Below, piece by piece: positions 1-12,833 of a stretch of DNA of 64,000 nucleotides (the stretch's first letter is position 1; each line of letters opens with the position of its first letter). Position numbers and translations under genes: made by a program. Origin of the DNA: Camelus dromedarius (Eukaryota); NCBI RefSeq assembly GCF_036321535.1, contig NC_087436.1, positions 85,438,001-85,502,000 on the forward strand, given 5' to 3'. The notes under the pieces were generated by a model. It searched no databases and was not told where the DNA came from. It saw only the letters and a program-made list of their open reading frames with translations.

Positions 1-620
1 CTGGTAAGGATTTGGATTTTATAATATGGGAATGCACAGGGAAGTTCTGAGCAGAGAGACATGCTCTGGCTTATGTTTTCATGGAATTACTCTGTGTGTG
101 TTTTTTTGAAATGTGCAATACTTTAGGGGAGTAAGGGCAGAAGTAGAGACCAGCTAGAAGACTAATTGCACTCATCTAGGTGAGAGATGGTAGGCGGCTT
201 GGACAAGGGTGGTAGAGGTGGAGGAGGTGAGAAGTGATCTGATTCCAGATATATTTTTAAAGATAGAACCAATAGGATCTGCCAATTGATTCCCTGACTG
301 TGGAATGTAAGAGAAAAAGAATGGAAGATGACCTTTGAGTTTCTAGCATGAGCAACTGAATGAATGGTAGTTTTGTTAACTGACATAAGGAAGGTAAGGT
401 GGAGAGGAAGATTTGGGGACACAGGGTTAGGTGGCTTCACTTGGAGATGCCCATTAAACATTCAGATAGAGATTTTAATATGTTAACCTGAAACCCAGAG
501 TAGTCAGGGCAGGAGATGTGAATTTAGAGGAATGTACTTGATACTTTAAGCCTGAGATGAAACGAAGGTGTAGATGAAGAGAAGAGGTCTGAGGACTGAG
601 TCCTGGGGCACGTGGGGCGT
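1..620 (-). mobile_element. L2 LINE remnant
   Basis: Purine-rich L2-like sequence. The minus-strand translation contains ISHLDECN, similar to the L2 ORF2 motif SRLDYCN. Confidence 0.7.
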
Positions 621-949
621 ACATTTAGGGTGTCAGGGGAGCAGAGGGAAAGGAGCACCTGAGGACCCCCAGGGGACTTAGAGAAAGTTTCACAGAGGAG
701 CAAATGCTTGAAAGCAATCGGTAGACCTGCGGAGTGGACTGGGGGAGAAGAAAGAGCTAACGCGAAGACCAGAGGTGAGGGAGAAGCTAAAGTGTGACCT
801 ATAGAAATGTGGTTTGGGGGCTCTCTGAGCTGCAGCGACTTGGACCCCCCAAAAGTCTTTGACTGCTCACTTGAAACGAAAAACTAAACCCAATGACTAT
901 TTAAAAGAGTTTGATATTTATGAGAAAAAATATTTTAATTCTCTTCCAG

Positions 950-1064
950 AAAAGCCTTTTGTTGCTTTTGTAAGTGGCATGGAATCTTTGGTGGAAGCCA
1001 CAGTGGGAGACCGTGTCCGAGTCCCTGTGAAGTACCTTGGTTACCCTCCCCCAGAAATAAAATG
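950..1064 (+). CDS. KDR: KDR exon 8 (Ig-like domain 4), 115 nt
   Basis: ttccag|AAAAG...AAATG|gtaact; encodes [39 protein letters not shown]. Confidence 0.97.
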
Positions 1065-1153
1065 GTAACTACTGGAAATACATGTAAAGCAACATTCCCA
1101 TGAAAACAAATCCTTAGATTGTACTAATTCTTGGGATTTTTTTCCCCCCATAG

Positions 1154-1317
1154 GTATAAAAATGGAAGACCCATTGAGTCTAATCACACAATTAAAGTAG
1201 GGCATGTACTGACTATTATGGAAGTGAGTGAAAAAGACACAGGAAATTACACCGTTATCCTTACCAATCCCATTTCAAAGGAGAAACAGAGCCATGTGGT
1301 ATCTCTGGTTGTGAATG
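1154..1317 (+). CDS. KDR: KDR exon 9 (Ig4), 164 nt
   Basis: ccatag|GTATAA...GAATG|gtaagt; [14 protein letters not shown]...DTGNYTVIL...SLVVN. Confidence 0.97.
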
Positions 1318-2557
1318 GTAAGTCCATTCAGTTTTCCTTCTCTGCCCCTAATCTATTATAAAGAGTATGATTATGTCCTCCTGGACAGCCAACCCACCTT
1401 TCCTTTGGAGCCTGCTCCTGCACACGCATCATGAGGGCTCCTGTGTACAGAAATGATCCAGAGCAGTGAGGCTGAAATGGAGTGTAGGACAGCGTGCTCT
1501 AGGTATGTCTGCTTAAGAGGCCATGTGATTGAACCTTTTGGTGGTCAAATGTGAGACTAAAGGAGACGGTACAGCCAATGGCCAAATGCTGTGAAATAAG
1601 AAGGCTGGCAGGGATGGTCATCAAACTCAAGATGCACTAACTTTGCTCCCATCCATGGAATTGGGCACGCAAAAGTGTATGACTCTTCCTGAATTTTGCA
1701 GAAGGCTTTGAGTTTGATTTGGGGATTGATGTATCCATGATACACAGACAGATTCCAACTCAGGAGGCTTTTGCAGGCTGACATTGTTGGCTGGTGGGAA
1801 ATGTTTTAATTTTTTTTTTCAGCAGGAGTCTTGGATCTGACTCTGAAGCTGTAAAGTGGAGATATTAAGTTTTTGATTTAAGAATGATTTGAACTTTATT
1901 TTTCCAAACTGAAGAATGTAAATAAGTGTTCTGGGTGGGGGAAAAGGAGCATTATGGTCAGGTAGGTGTGGGAGATGCTAGGCTGATGGATATAGGATAT
2001 TGTCTTTCTCCAGGGGCAGAGACATAGCATAGAGCACCCCATACATCCATTAATATCCTGCTTCAAACACAGTTGGGGAAATGCTTCTCTGTAGGAATTC
2101 TTTGTTTTTCCTACTGGCACGACAGATTAAAACTTTAGGATCTTCTCATGTGACGTTAAGGTGCTTCCCCATAGATCTTGCCAAGCTCTGTATGTCTGCT
2201 GAGCTTGGTTTCACTTCTTTGCTAGGACATCAGCCTCGGGAGTATTTTAAAGATAACAGGTTCCAGAAATGTCATGTAGAAGCCACTTGGGTGTAGGAGG
2301 TTGAGGGGGTGGAGAGAAGCTGGGGAGCTGATAAGTAGGGTTAGGAGAAGGAAATGAACAAGAAATAATGATGTGAAAATGGACAGTGAATAACTCCATT
2401 TCATTCATCCAGGAAGTCACTAAACATTTGATTCCCCCTAATATTGACCCTGCTCCCTAAAACAAACATTAAAAAGAAGTCAAGTTTTGAAAGTATAATC
2501 TGAGGCTTTAGGTTGATCATGATGGGAAAATGGTTTCACATTAATGACTTTGGAGCC

Positions 2558-2665
2558 AAAAAAAGAAAGAAAGAAGGAAAGGAGAGGAGGAGAGAAGACA
2601 AGGAACGGAGGGAGGGAGGGAGGAAGGAAGGAAGGGGAAGAAGGAGGGGGAGACGGAGAAGGAGG
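2558..2665. repeat. Polypurine (GA-rich) low-complexity tract
   Basis: aaaaaagaaagaaagaaggaaaggagaggagg...ggagggagggaggaaggaaggaagggg. Confidence 0.85.
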
Positions 2666-2669
2666 TGTG

Positions 2670-2810
2670 GTGAGTGACCTTGGGCAAGTCATTTCACTTT
2701 TTTGTTTCATTTTTCTCATGTGTAAAGTGGAGGATAATAATTGTGGTTTTGAGGGTTAAATGAATTAACTGATGTAAAACACTTAGAACAATGGCCAGCA
2801 CCTAATACAT
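2670..2810 (+). mobile_element. MIR SINE remnant
   Basis: gtgaccttgggcaagtcattt...ttctcatgtgtaaagtggagg MIR core. Confidence 0.75.
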
Positions 2811-3153
2811 GCATTTTATTATTCACAATTATTTCCTTTCTGGAGCCTTGCCCGATCTTGTGAAATTGGGAGGACAAGGAGAGCTGTCCCTATAGTGTAG
2901 ATGAGAAAATGTGTGCAGGGTGGTGACACTTGCACAAAGTCACTCAGCTTATTCATTTATTATTATTATCATCATGAGGCTCACTCTGAGGATCACTCAG
3001 AGTGTCCTGTTTCCAAATCTACATGTTCTTTGAAAAATCAGATGGGGGCAGAATCCTGGGCTTGGAAAAACACAGGCTTTGGTTGCTGAAAACTTCTACT
3101 TTCCATTCTTCAAAGCTGATTGACAACTCAAAAGCTGTCTTTCTCATCTCCAG

Positions 3154-3310
3154 TCCCACCCCAGATTGGTGAGAAGTCTCTGATCTCTCCTGTGGACTCT
3201 TACCAGTATGGCACCTCCCAAACACTGACGTGCACGGTCTATGCCGTTCCTCCCCCAAGTCACATCCGGTGGTACTGGCAGCTGGAGACAGAGTGCACCT
3301 ACAAGCCCAC
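3154..3310 (+). CDS. KDR: KDR exon 10 (Ig5), 157 nt
   Basis: ctccag|TCCCA...CCCAC|gtgagt; [20 protein letters not shown]...CTVY...WYWQLE. Confidence 0.97.
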
Positions 3311-3374
3311 GTGAGTAGGGCTACACCCTCTTTTTGCTGCACTTTTGCATTTTTTCTATTTATTTGTTCATTTT

Positions 3375-3586
3375 GTTTTTTAGATTCCACATATGAGTGA
3401 TATCATACAGTATTTGTCTTTCTCTGTCTGACTTACTTCATTTAGCATAATGCCCTTCAGATCCATCCATGTTGTTGCAAATGGCAGAATTTCATTCTTT
3501 TTTATGGCTGAGTAGTATTCCATTGTGCCTGTGTATATATGTGTATACACCATATCTTCTTTATTCAGTCATCTGTTGATGGACAT
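3375..3586 (-). mobile_element. L1 fragment (ORF2 end/3'UTR)
   Basis: agattccacatatgagtgatatcatacagtatttgtc...atggctgagtagtattccattg, typical antisense L1. Confidence 0.85.
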
Positions 3587-3849
3587 AGCCAGGCTATCAT
3601 ATGACTCCATTCTAAGTCAAGAAGGCTCTCTCAAAGAAGGGTATTCCTCAGGTGGCACTCTTAGTCTCCTTCCATCTTCTCTGTGGCTACATTTATAGGA
3701 GATGTCATTCCTTGAGGTATCCTGCTTTGAGCTTAGCTAGCTCTCTCTTTAGGTTAGCCCCAATTGTACCCCTCTCGAAGTGCAGTTTCTTTGCTCACTT
3801 TGTTAATTGCCAGTCTTTGGTCTTTCTCCTTGTACCAATCAACCAGTGA

Positions 3850-4270
3850 ATACCACGATCTCCTTATCTGTGAGAAGGTCCATCTCAGAGGAAGTGCTGA
3901 AGGATGCGAGGGAGCGATAGACCTCGGAGCCTCAGGCCCGGCTTATCACGTCCTAACACAAGGCCAGACATCCTTAGGAAAAACAACAACAACAAGTCAC
4001 CCACCACCACCCTAGGCAGCTCACTTCCTGTTGTTGTTTTTGGGATGACCCCTTCTGGTTGCTTCCTCAGATGCTGACCATTTCCCACACAAAGGCCACA
4101 GTCCCAGGGAGATCGCTTTAAGAAGCCCAATGGCTTCTCAGTTTCCTTGCCTGCCTTTGAACTAAATTAACTTGAATTGTCTTGTCGATCCAATTTATGA
4201 ATGGAGGTTTGTTCCCAAAATAGCTGCTTCCCTCCCGTATCCTGAATGAATCTACCTAGAACCTTTTCCT
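3850..4270. promoter_or_regulatory. KDR intron-10 endothelial enhancer (Flk1in10-like)
   Basis: GATA sites at 3864-3869 and 3943-3948, ETS GAGGAAGT 3888-3895, FOX:ETS composite AACAACAGGAAGT (minus, 4023-4035), RBPJ GTGGGAA (minus, 4082-4088); lies in intron 10. Confidence 0.7.
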
Positions 4271-4438
4271 TCACTGCCCAGGCCTATTTTTAATTGGCGC
4301 CAAGTCTTGTAGCGGGGTAGGGTGCACTGAACAGTTATTTCCAAGAACAAAATACCAAAGTCTGGCTCTTTCTTTGCTATTGAGGTGAATTTTAAGAAAA
4401 ATTAAGTCACGATATCATCTGTTATCTCTTTCTTATAG

Positions 4439-4562
4439 CCAAGCTGCCTTAATGACAAACCCATATAGTTGTAAAGAATGGAGAAACGTGGAGGACGTCC
4501 AGAGCGGAAATAAAATTGAAGTCAACAAAAATCAATTTGCCTTAATTGAAGGAAAGAACAAA
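4439..4562 (+). CDS. KDR: KDR exon 11 (Ig5), 124 nt
   Basis: ttatag|CCAAG...ACAAA|gtgagt; [19 protein letters not shown]...IEGKNK. Confidence 0.97.
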
Positions 4563-5021
4563 GTGAGTTGGCAATTCTTTAATTTGAAAATCTGTCTCTC
4601 TTTCACGGAAGGTTGGAGTGAAAGCAGGGTAAAACAACATGTGAGGAGCATTGGAGACTGATCAGCAAATAAACTGGGCGATAAAATGTTAGCATATTAA
4701 GTCAGTTTGAAAAGACCACTGACTTTTAGAAGCACCATTGGCTTATTAACGCCTTATCAGAGCTAGGGAAGATATATCTGCCATTAGCCCTGTACATCTA
4801 TTGTAAGGTAATTCTGAGTTTACAAACATACACATGAGAAAATGAGTGTAATGTTGTATTAAAACACATGCTTTATTTCCTGGTTTCCAAAGCTCATTTT
4901 GTATGATGTGTGAGCTGCTGCAGCGTAATTACAATGGCACGGATTTGAGCGCGGTCAGTGCCGGAGTAGGAGTCGGGTAGGCAGGCCACGGCGGTTGTGG
5001 GGACGCTGAATTTTAGTCTGA

Positions 5022-5225
<204 letters not shown>

Positions 5226-6014
5226 TGATACTCTGTCGTCCTGGCCATTCCCGTGAGTGGCACGACTTTAGGAAGGGGACTTGGATGGATAATCGATGCT
5301 TTTGTTCATGAATTAGAACTCCTCAGCTCAACGTGAAGTCAGTCCATCTGACTGCCCAGGAGAGAGAATATGGTTTCACATCTGCTTCTGAACCTCAAGT
5401 CCCATGTCACATTTTTGTCTCCATCATCAGAGGCTAGCACAGTGCTTGGCTTATTGAGGTTCAGCCAATATTTATGTGCTTGCTGCTGGGCACTTGACGA
5501 GTGAGTGTCTTGGAAGCAGTTGTAATGACATTGGAGTGGTGCCCTCCCAAGTCTGCCGATTTTCTCTGTTCATCTTTCATTTCGTGGCTAAGCTTTAGCT
5601 GACCGGACAGGATAAAATATTGCAGTCTAGGCTAATTCACTGTAATAAATATAGCTTTCCTCTCAGTGAGTGTTAGGTATTCATGAAGAATTAATTTTTG
5701 ATATTCCATGTTATAATTATCTGCTTTGAATTTTGTTGGATTTCAATAAAATCTTATAAACCATGTTTCGAGCTCAAAGTGAAGATTTGATAAATATCTG
5801 AGGAATTAATTTACATTTCCAAATAATATAGTTTCATCAAATAGTACATTTTGAAACCTAACTGTCCAGTTGGCTGTCTTCTTATATTACATTGTCTGGG
5901 ATTGCTGGAGCTTCACTTCTCGTGGGGCTTTATCACAGGCTGAAGGCAACAAGAAAATAATAGCATGCTGCCCAAGTTAAGTCACTATCTTCTAACAGGG
6001 GGTTTACCTTTCAG

Positions 6015-6356
6015 GGGGTCCTGAAATCACCTTGCAACCCAGCACCCAGCCAACTGAGCAGGAGAGCGTGTCTCTGCAGTGCTCCGCGGACAGAACTATG
6101 TTTGAGAACCTCACGTGGTACAAGCTTGGCCCCCAGGCTCTACCAGTCCGCACAGGAGAGTTGCCCACACCTATTTGCAAAAACTTGGATGTTCTTTGGA
6201 AAATGAACGCCACCATGTTCTCTAATAGCACCAATGACATTTTGATCATGGAGCTCCAGAATGCATCCTTGCAAGATCAGGGAGACTACGTCTGCTTTGC
6301 TCAGGACAGGAAGACCAAGAAAAGACATTGTGTCGCCAGGCAGCTCACAGTCCTAG
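6015..6356 (+). CDS. KDR: KDR exon 13 (Ig6), 342 nt
   Basis: tttcag|GGGGT...CCTAG|gtaagg; GPEITLQP...FENLTWYK...QDQGDYVC...QLTVL. Confidence 0.97.
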
Positions 6357-6403
6357 GTAAGGAGGTAACTCTGGACCACCCGGAGATGGTTGGAAATCCT
6401 TAA
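6357..6403 (+). CDS. KDR: Intron-13 read-through tail of putative soluble VEGFR2 ([15 protein letters not shown])
   Basis: The exon 13 frame continues 15 codons into intron 13 to a TAA. The tail resembles the human sVEGFR2 tail GRETILDHCAEAVGMP (recalled). Confidence 0.65.
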
Positions 6404-8312
6404 AGGTAGTGTTCAGGGGGCTGTGTGAAGATTGTCTGCTAGGAGCTTATGAAGTAGACTCGTGAACACTTACCTTACTCACTGAAAGTCCTCGAGGCAC
6501 GAGGAGGCTCATCATGATGAAGTGATGTATTAAAAAGAAAACAACACGGTTCTTTCCAACCCTGATGGTGGGGTAACTCACTATTTTCTGCAAGGGATTA
6601 CCCTGAACCAGGTCAAGTTCTGCCCTATTCTTGGGCATCCATTTATTTAAAGAGACACATATTTGTGGAATGCCCACCATGAGCTAGGAGGGTGCTGGAA
6701 CTTCACAGTGGGGAGTAGGTGGGGAGGGTGAGAACACAGACCACCACCAGCCTGTCGCAGTACCGTGTGGTCTCTGTGTTCTTGAGGACAGGGGTTGTTT
6801 TCTGTTTTACTTCTTGGTTGGCTCCAGACACAGTGGTACAGATTAGGTGCATGATAAGACATCTGCTGCCAGAAGAGTGTGGTGATGGTGTTGCTTACCA
6901 CCTCTGAGAGCCCCTGGGAGGGGTGCCACCCTCATTGCCTGTACCTCTGCCGTACAGCTCAGGGTCAATGAGATGATCATTTTAATCAGCAGAGAGCTTT
7001 GTAAATTCCACATGAAGCCACCCTCTACACCTCATCTAACCTTGCTCCTTGCACAAAATCTATGCAGCCATGGCTCTGTCTCTGAGAAAATTAGGCAAAT
7101 TTGGGGAGTTTCTCTTTTTGCCATCTCCTTCTAATTTTTCCTCTCCTTTGTTTTCTTACCCAGTTTCTGGGATGCTTATGTTCCGGTTTTTCACTGTGAA
7201 GAAAGGGAACTGCCCAGATAAAGTAATTTATACTTAAGTTTTAGCGGAATAATATCTTCAGAGGCTTTGGCATATTTTAAGAGGTATCTTCCGACAGCCA
7301 CTAGGATGGATTTTGCTAGAGTTAAGACTCAGGTGGCAGAAGAAGAGATGTTTTGGGGTGAAGTCATCCCAGAGCTCTTCAGATCACACCACATATATAT
7401 GACCATGGTTTTTCTGTTCACCTTGGTGACTGGTCTGGTTTCAAGCTAATGAAAAAATTCCAACAGAGATGTGAAAGAGGCTGCGGGCTTGCCATGCCCA
7501 GGAAATAGTGCTCACGATGAGCTAGTTTGCTTTCATAAGGACTCTCAAGTTGTTTTCCAAAAATTATTCTTAGAAATAAACTAGAGTCCATTTGCTTAAA
7601 CCCCAGTGTAGTTCACTGTCGAGGTATTCTCATTTTGCTAAATGTTGACGTGGATTTCTTCTGCAAGATTCCTTTTGATGTTTGGACAAGATATTTCTAC
7701 AGCACTTTGATGATTTGTAGGAAAGGGGTAAATCTAAAGCTGTCCTGTATATTTAAACAAGGACCCATGGGCTTTGTTTTCTTTACATCTTTGACTTTCC
7801 TTCAAGTGTCGTTTTATTTAGAGGAAATAGTACTGGACTAGTCTTTTCGGCTCATGTAAATCTATTATGAGTTCATCTGTTTACTTAGAGGGACTTGGAC
7901 AAGTTGTTTAACCCTCCTTCATCTGCAAAATCAGGCTAATGCTGCCTACCATAGGACTGATGGTGAGCAATGGAAATAGTATGAGTTTTTTTTTAAGTAC
8001 CAAATAAATATAAAGCCTTTTTTTGTTGAATTACATTGAGGTTTTGCACATTCTGAGAGAAACATGGCAGAATTTTTGGGTGTCATTGGCTAGGATTTAT
8101 TTATTTATTTCATGGGCAGGAAGCCCATATGACAACTTTTATTTTGTGGTGTGATTACCAGCTCAGGTCACTAGTATGAACGTTCAAAGAAAGGCAGTGA
8201 TCTGTCTGAACTGACTTGTTTCACTTAACTTCAGTGACCAGGTTGATCACAGTGACCAACCTCTGCATATTTTCAGCTTAGTAAATCAACAGTTTAGTAA
8301 ATGGTTTAATAG

Positions 8313-8567
<255 letters not shown>

Positions 8568-8624
8568 TAGTTGCAGAATTTTCCTGGAAATGTTGTCTAA
8601 TATCCATATTATTTCTTTTAAAAA

Positions 8625-8966
8625 TTATTTATTTTTATTGAGGTATAGTTAATGTACAATATTATTTAAGTTTCAGGTGTATGACATAGTGATTCACAAT
8701 TTTTAAAGATTATATTCCATTTGTAATTATTGTAAAATATTAGCTATAGTTCCTGTGCTGTACAATACATCCTTGTGGCTTATTTATTTTATACATAGTA
8801 CTTTGTACCTCTTAATCCCCTACCCCTGTCTTGTCCCTCCCTCTCCCCTCCCCACGTTGGTCACCACTAGTCTGTTCTCTGTATCTGTGAGTCGGTTTCT
8901 TTTTTGTTATTTTCACTAGTCTGTTGTACTTTTTAGATTCCACATATAAGTTATATTATACAGTAT
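8625..8966 (-). mobile_element. 5'-truncated L1 3' end
   Basis: T-rich tail, then attgaggtatagtt...tcctgtgctgtacaata...agattccacatataag. Confidence 0.85.
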
Positions 8967-9174
8967 AAAAGCCATATTATTTCTTAATTTGTTTTAGGTA
9001 GGGAAAAAAAGCCATCGTAGTGTCCGTGGTCTGGTTCACTTGGTGGGAATCCAAATATTCAGAGCCTTGTTGAATTCTCATGGAAGCCAGGGGTGCTAAG
9101 TCAGCAGCTGATCCTCTGTGACTCTTTGGATTTAGATAATAGCCCAAGATAAAGGACATCATTTATATTTTTAA

Positions 9175-9396
<222 letters not shown>

Positions 9397-11034
9397 TAAA
9401 GTGGTTTTAAAAAAGTTCGCATGTATGTTACGTACACTCGTATACGCTGGGCAGGACCATAGCCAAATGGGCAGGTTTTAATATTCTTTGTAAATTTCCT
9501 AGTTTAAGTATATATTATTTTAACCAGAAAGCATGATTAATGTTATTTTAATTCTGCTTGCATCACATTTCTATCCCTGCAGTTCTCAATGTGGAAAAAT
9601 TCTCAGCCAGGCAGGTGGAATGCCCTCCTTTCAGTGATTCGTTCTCCATTTGAACGGCTCAATTAACTTGTTGTGGAAATTATGCCTCTATATCTATTAG
9701 GTAGAATTACTGCCTAGTCATGAAAATCAGTGCTATCCAGAGAGTCACAAGGGTTCATAGTTTTTGTTGGACTAAAGATAATTTAAGATTCATTTGTGAA
9801 CAATAGACCATTGCTTCTCTGAAAATGAAAAATTTGAGGTTCTTATCTAAATGTGTATGCAAGAATGATGTGAGAGTCCTGACATATTCTCAGATGGGAA
9901 AGGTAATTTGTGACAGAATATTTTATCTTCAAAAGTATATTCCTATGTCTTTTTTTAAACTAACCTACCAGAGGCACAATGAAAACAGTATTGTGTGGGT
10001 GAAGGAATGGTATGCAGGGAGGGGAGTGAGAGGGGCGGTGATGGATGGAGGAACTGATGGATTTCTATGAACTCATCCTAATTTGTCTCTCAAAGTCTAG
10101 ATTTCAGTCCCTTTAATCTGTCAAATCTATGTTGCCAAGTACTGCATCTCGATACCTTGACTTCTTTTCAAGTTCCATTTCATCAGCTGCACTTGCAAAT
10201 AAAGATTTCAAATGCATGAAGTAAATAAAGATTTCAAGTGACATGGTGGTTTTGTCACTTTCAAAGTGCTTCATGCTTTAGAGCAAATCCGGAGGGAGAC
10301 TTCCAGCTCCCCGCTGTGCCCTGCCTCAGCTCCGTTAGCTGTCTGCAGCTGGTGACCGAGGCTTAACTAGGTAACCTTGGCACCGACGTTTTATTTACTT
10401 CTCACCAGAAGAGAATACTAAGAAAGTAAAAGGTAAATATTTAATGATGCTGCTAGGTTCACAAATGTTAATATGGGAATATTAATGCACCAGCTTATAT
10501 AGACAGTCGAATCTTTGAACTTTTTTACTATGCACAAACGGACTTTTAAATCTCTATGTATAAATAGAGAATTACTTCAGTTATACCCCCAAGAAACGAA
10601 ATCTACTTCCAAGCAAACTTGGTGCTCGTCTCTCAACTGTTCACTCTTATTTTGCTAACTAATTACTTGTCTTCCTGCCTTCTTGAGGCCGCCTGGGCCA
10701 CTCTCACAGCTTGTGGCCCCGGTTTGATTCACACCGCCCTCATCCGATGGGAGGCCTTAAGTGGCCATTGCTTCTTTATCACTGCTCTGCTAATCACTCT
10801 TAGTTGAAAGCCTCCTCTGGACTTAATTTTTCCCACTTAGAGCTGTCCTCTGGGGTCCTGAGCATCTGCAGCTTTCCCTGCTGACCTCTAGCTTTTTCTC
10901 TTCTCTTTCCTTTCTTGAGTGGTTTTAAACTCATATTGCCAGGGCACGTGGGATGTACTCACGTCAGCTCTCTTTCCTCCCCGAGGTTCCTGCCACATGA
11001 GGACAGTGCAGTGTAATGTTATCTGGTGTTGGAC

Positions 11035-11215
11035 AGACCTTGTTTAACTCTTGACCATTCCACCAACTTGCTGTGTGCCCTTGATGAAGTAGCTTAACCT
11101 CTCTGAGCTTGCTTCTCCACCTGAAAAATGAGGGTTGTTGAGAAAACAAAGTGATGTATTTAAATGTGACATATTTGAAGTAATGAGCACCTAGTGAGTG
11201 CCTGGTCACCCATTG
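11035..11215 (+). mobile_element. MIR SINE remnant
   Basis: gctgtgtgcccttg...cttaacctctctgagc...aaaatgagg. Confidence 0.7.
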
Positions 11216-11676
11216 CTTTCTGGCCAAAGTACTAAATTTATTTCCCTACTTGTTGTCTTAATCCTTCCCTCAAACTCCATACAAATCAAAACATAGACTG
11301 TCAGTGTAAAATCAGACATTTATTTACCCCAAATAGAATACTTTTCTTCTTTATAGAACGTGATCTGTTTTCTTTCTGTCAAAGTGTGCTCTTCTCCCAA
11401 ACACCTTCTGTTTGTCTTTTGAGACATTAATATTTCTCTCCTTAATTACTTTAGAATTATATATTGTTGGAAGTTTTCATGAGCAATGTCTTGCAAACCT
11501 TTAATTATCCATTAAGAATACTGTAAACTCCATCCAAGTTAGAGGTGTGTGACTGACTGTCTAGGATTTTCCCCACTTGGTAACATTGAGATCTTGCATT
11601 AGTGTTGAACTTTGTCATTCTGTATCAAAGGGTATAAATTTCCATTGTTGACGCTCATTCAATTGTGTCTTCCCAG

Positions 11677-11783
11677 GTGCCCAGGAAAAGACAAACTTGG
11701 AAGTCATTATTCTAGTGGGCACTGCAGTGCTTGCCATGTTCTTCTGGCTACTTCTTGTCATCATTCTACGGACCGTTAAGCGG
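11677..11783 (+). CDS. KDR: KDR exon 16 (transmembrane helix), 107 nt
   Basis: tcccag|GTGCC...AGCGG|gtaaca; [36 protein letters not shown]. Confidence 0.97.
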
Positions 11784-12137
11784 GTAACAAAATAGTTTCC
11801 CTTCTGTCCCATGCACGTTGGCTTTCATGATTAATGAAAGCTGACTAGGGTTCTTTGGGTTGGTTCTTCCCATTGTTGTTGGCTCAATAGGCACAATTTT
11901 ATTTCTATACAATAACATTCTTGCCCACTTTCTTTTGCTTGGACCACTGGGCTTTAATTGATAGAAGCAACTAGAGAAGAAATGGGCTTGGACTGTCTAG
12001 TGTAATTAAGATTTAAGAATTTAATTCTGAGCTCATTTAGGGGTTGAGGGGACACTGGAAGCGGGATTATAATAGGACTACTCTCAGACTCCATGAGCCA
12101 TTTAGAAAATGAGACATTAAGAATGGGGCTTCTATAA

Positions 12138-12407
<270 letters not shown>

Positions 12408-12668
12408 TAGGATGGTGACAAATCTAGTCTATTTAAATGTCAGATTCCGATTCAGAAATATTCATTCCATCTCTTGATTTTGAGTGATTATCCATTTAGT
12501 CACTTAGAAGTAGGAGCCCTGTATAATCACCCATTTTGGAGAGTGAAGAGGGAGGTATTAAATCATTCAGCCGGGACAAGGGTGTCAGCTGGACCGTCCA
12601 TGTTAAACTGGGATGTATGTCACTCTGTCAAGCTGGAATCTCTGCCTGTCACCTTGGTGGTGAAATAG

Positions 12669-12833
<165 letters not shown>

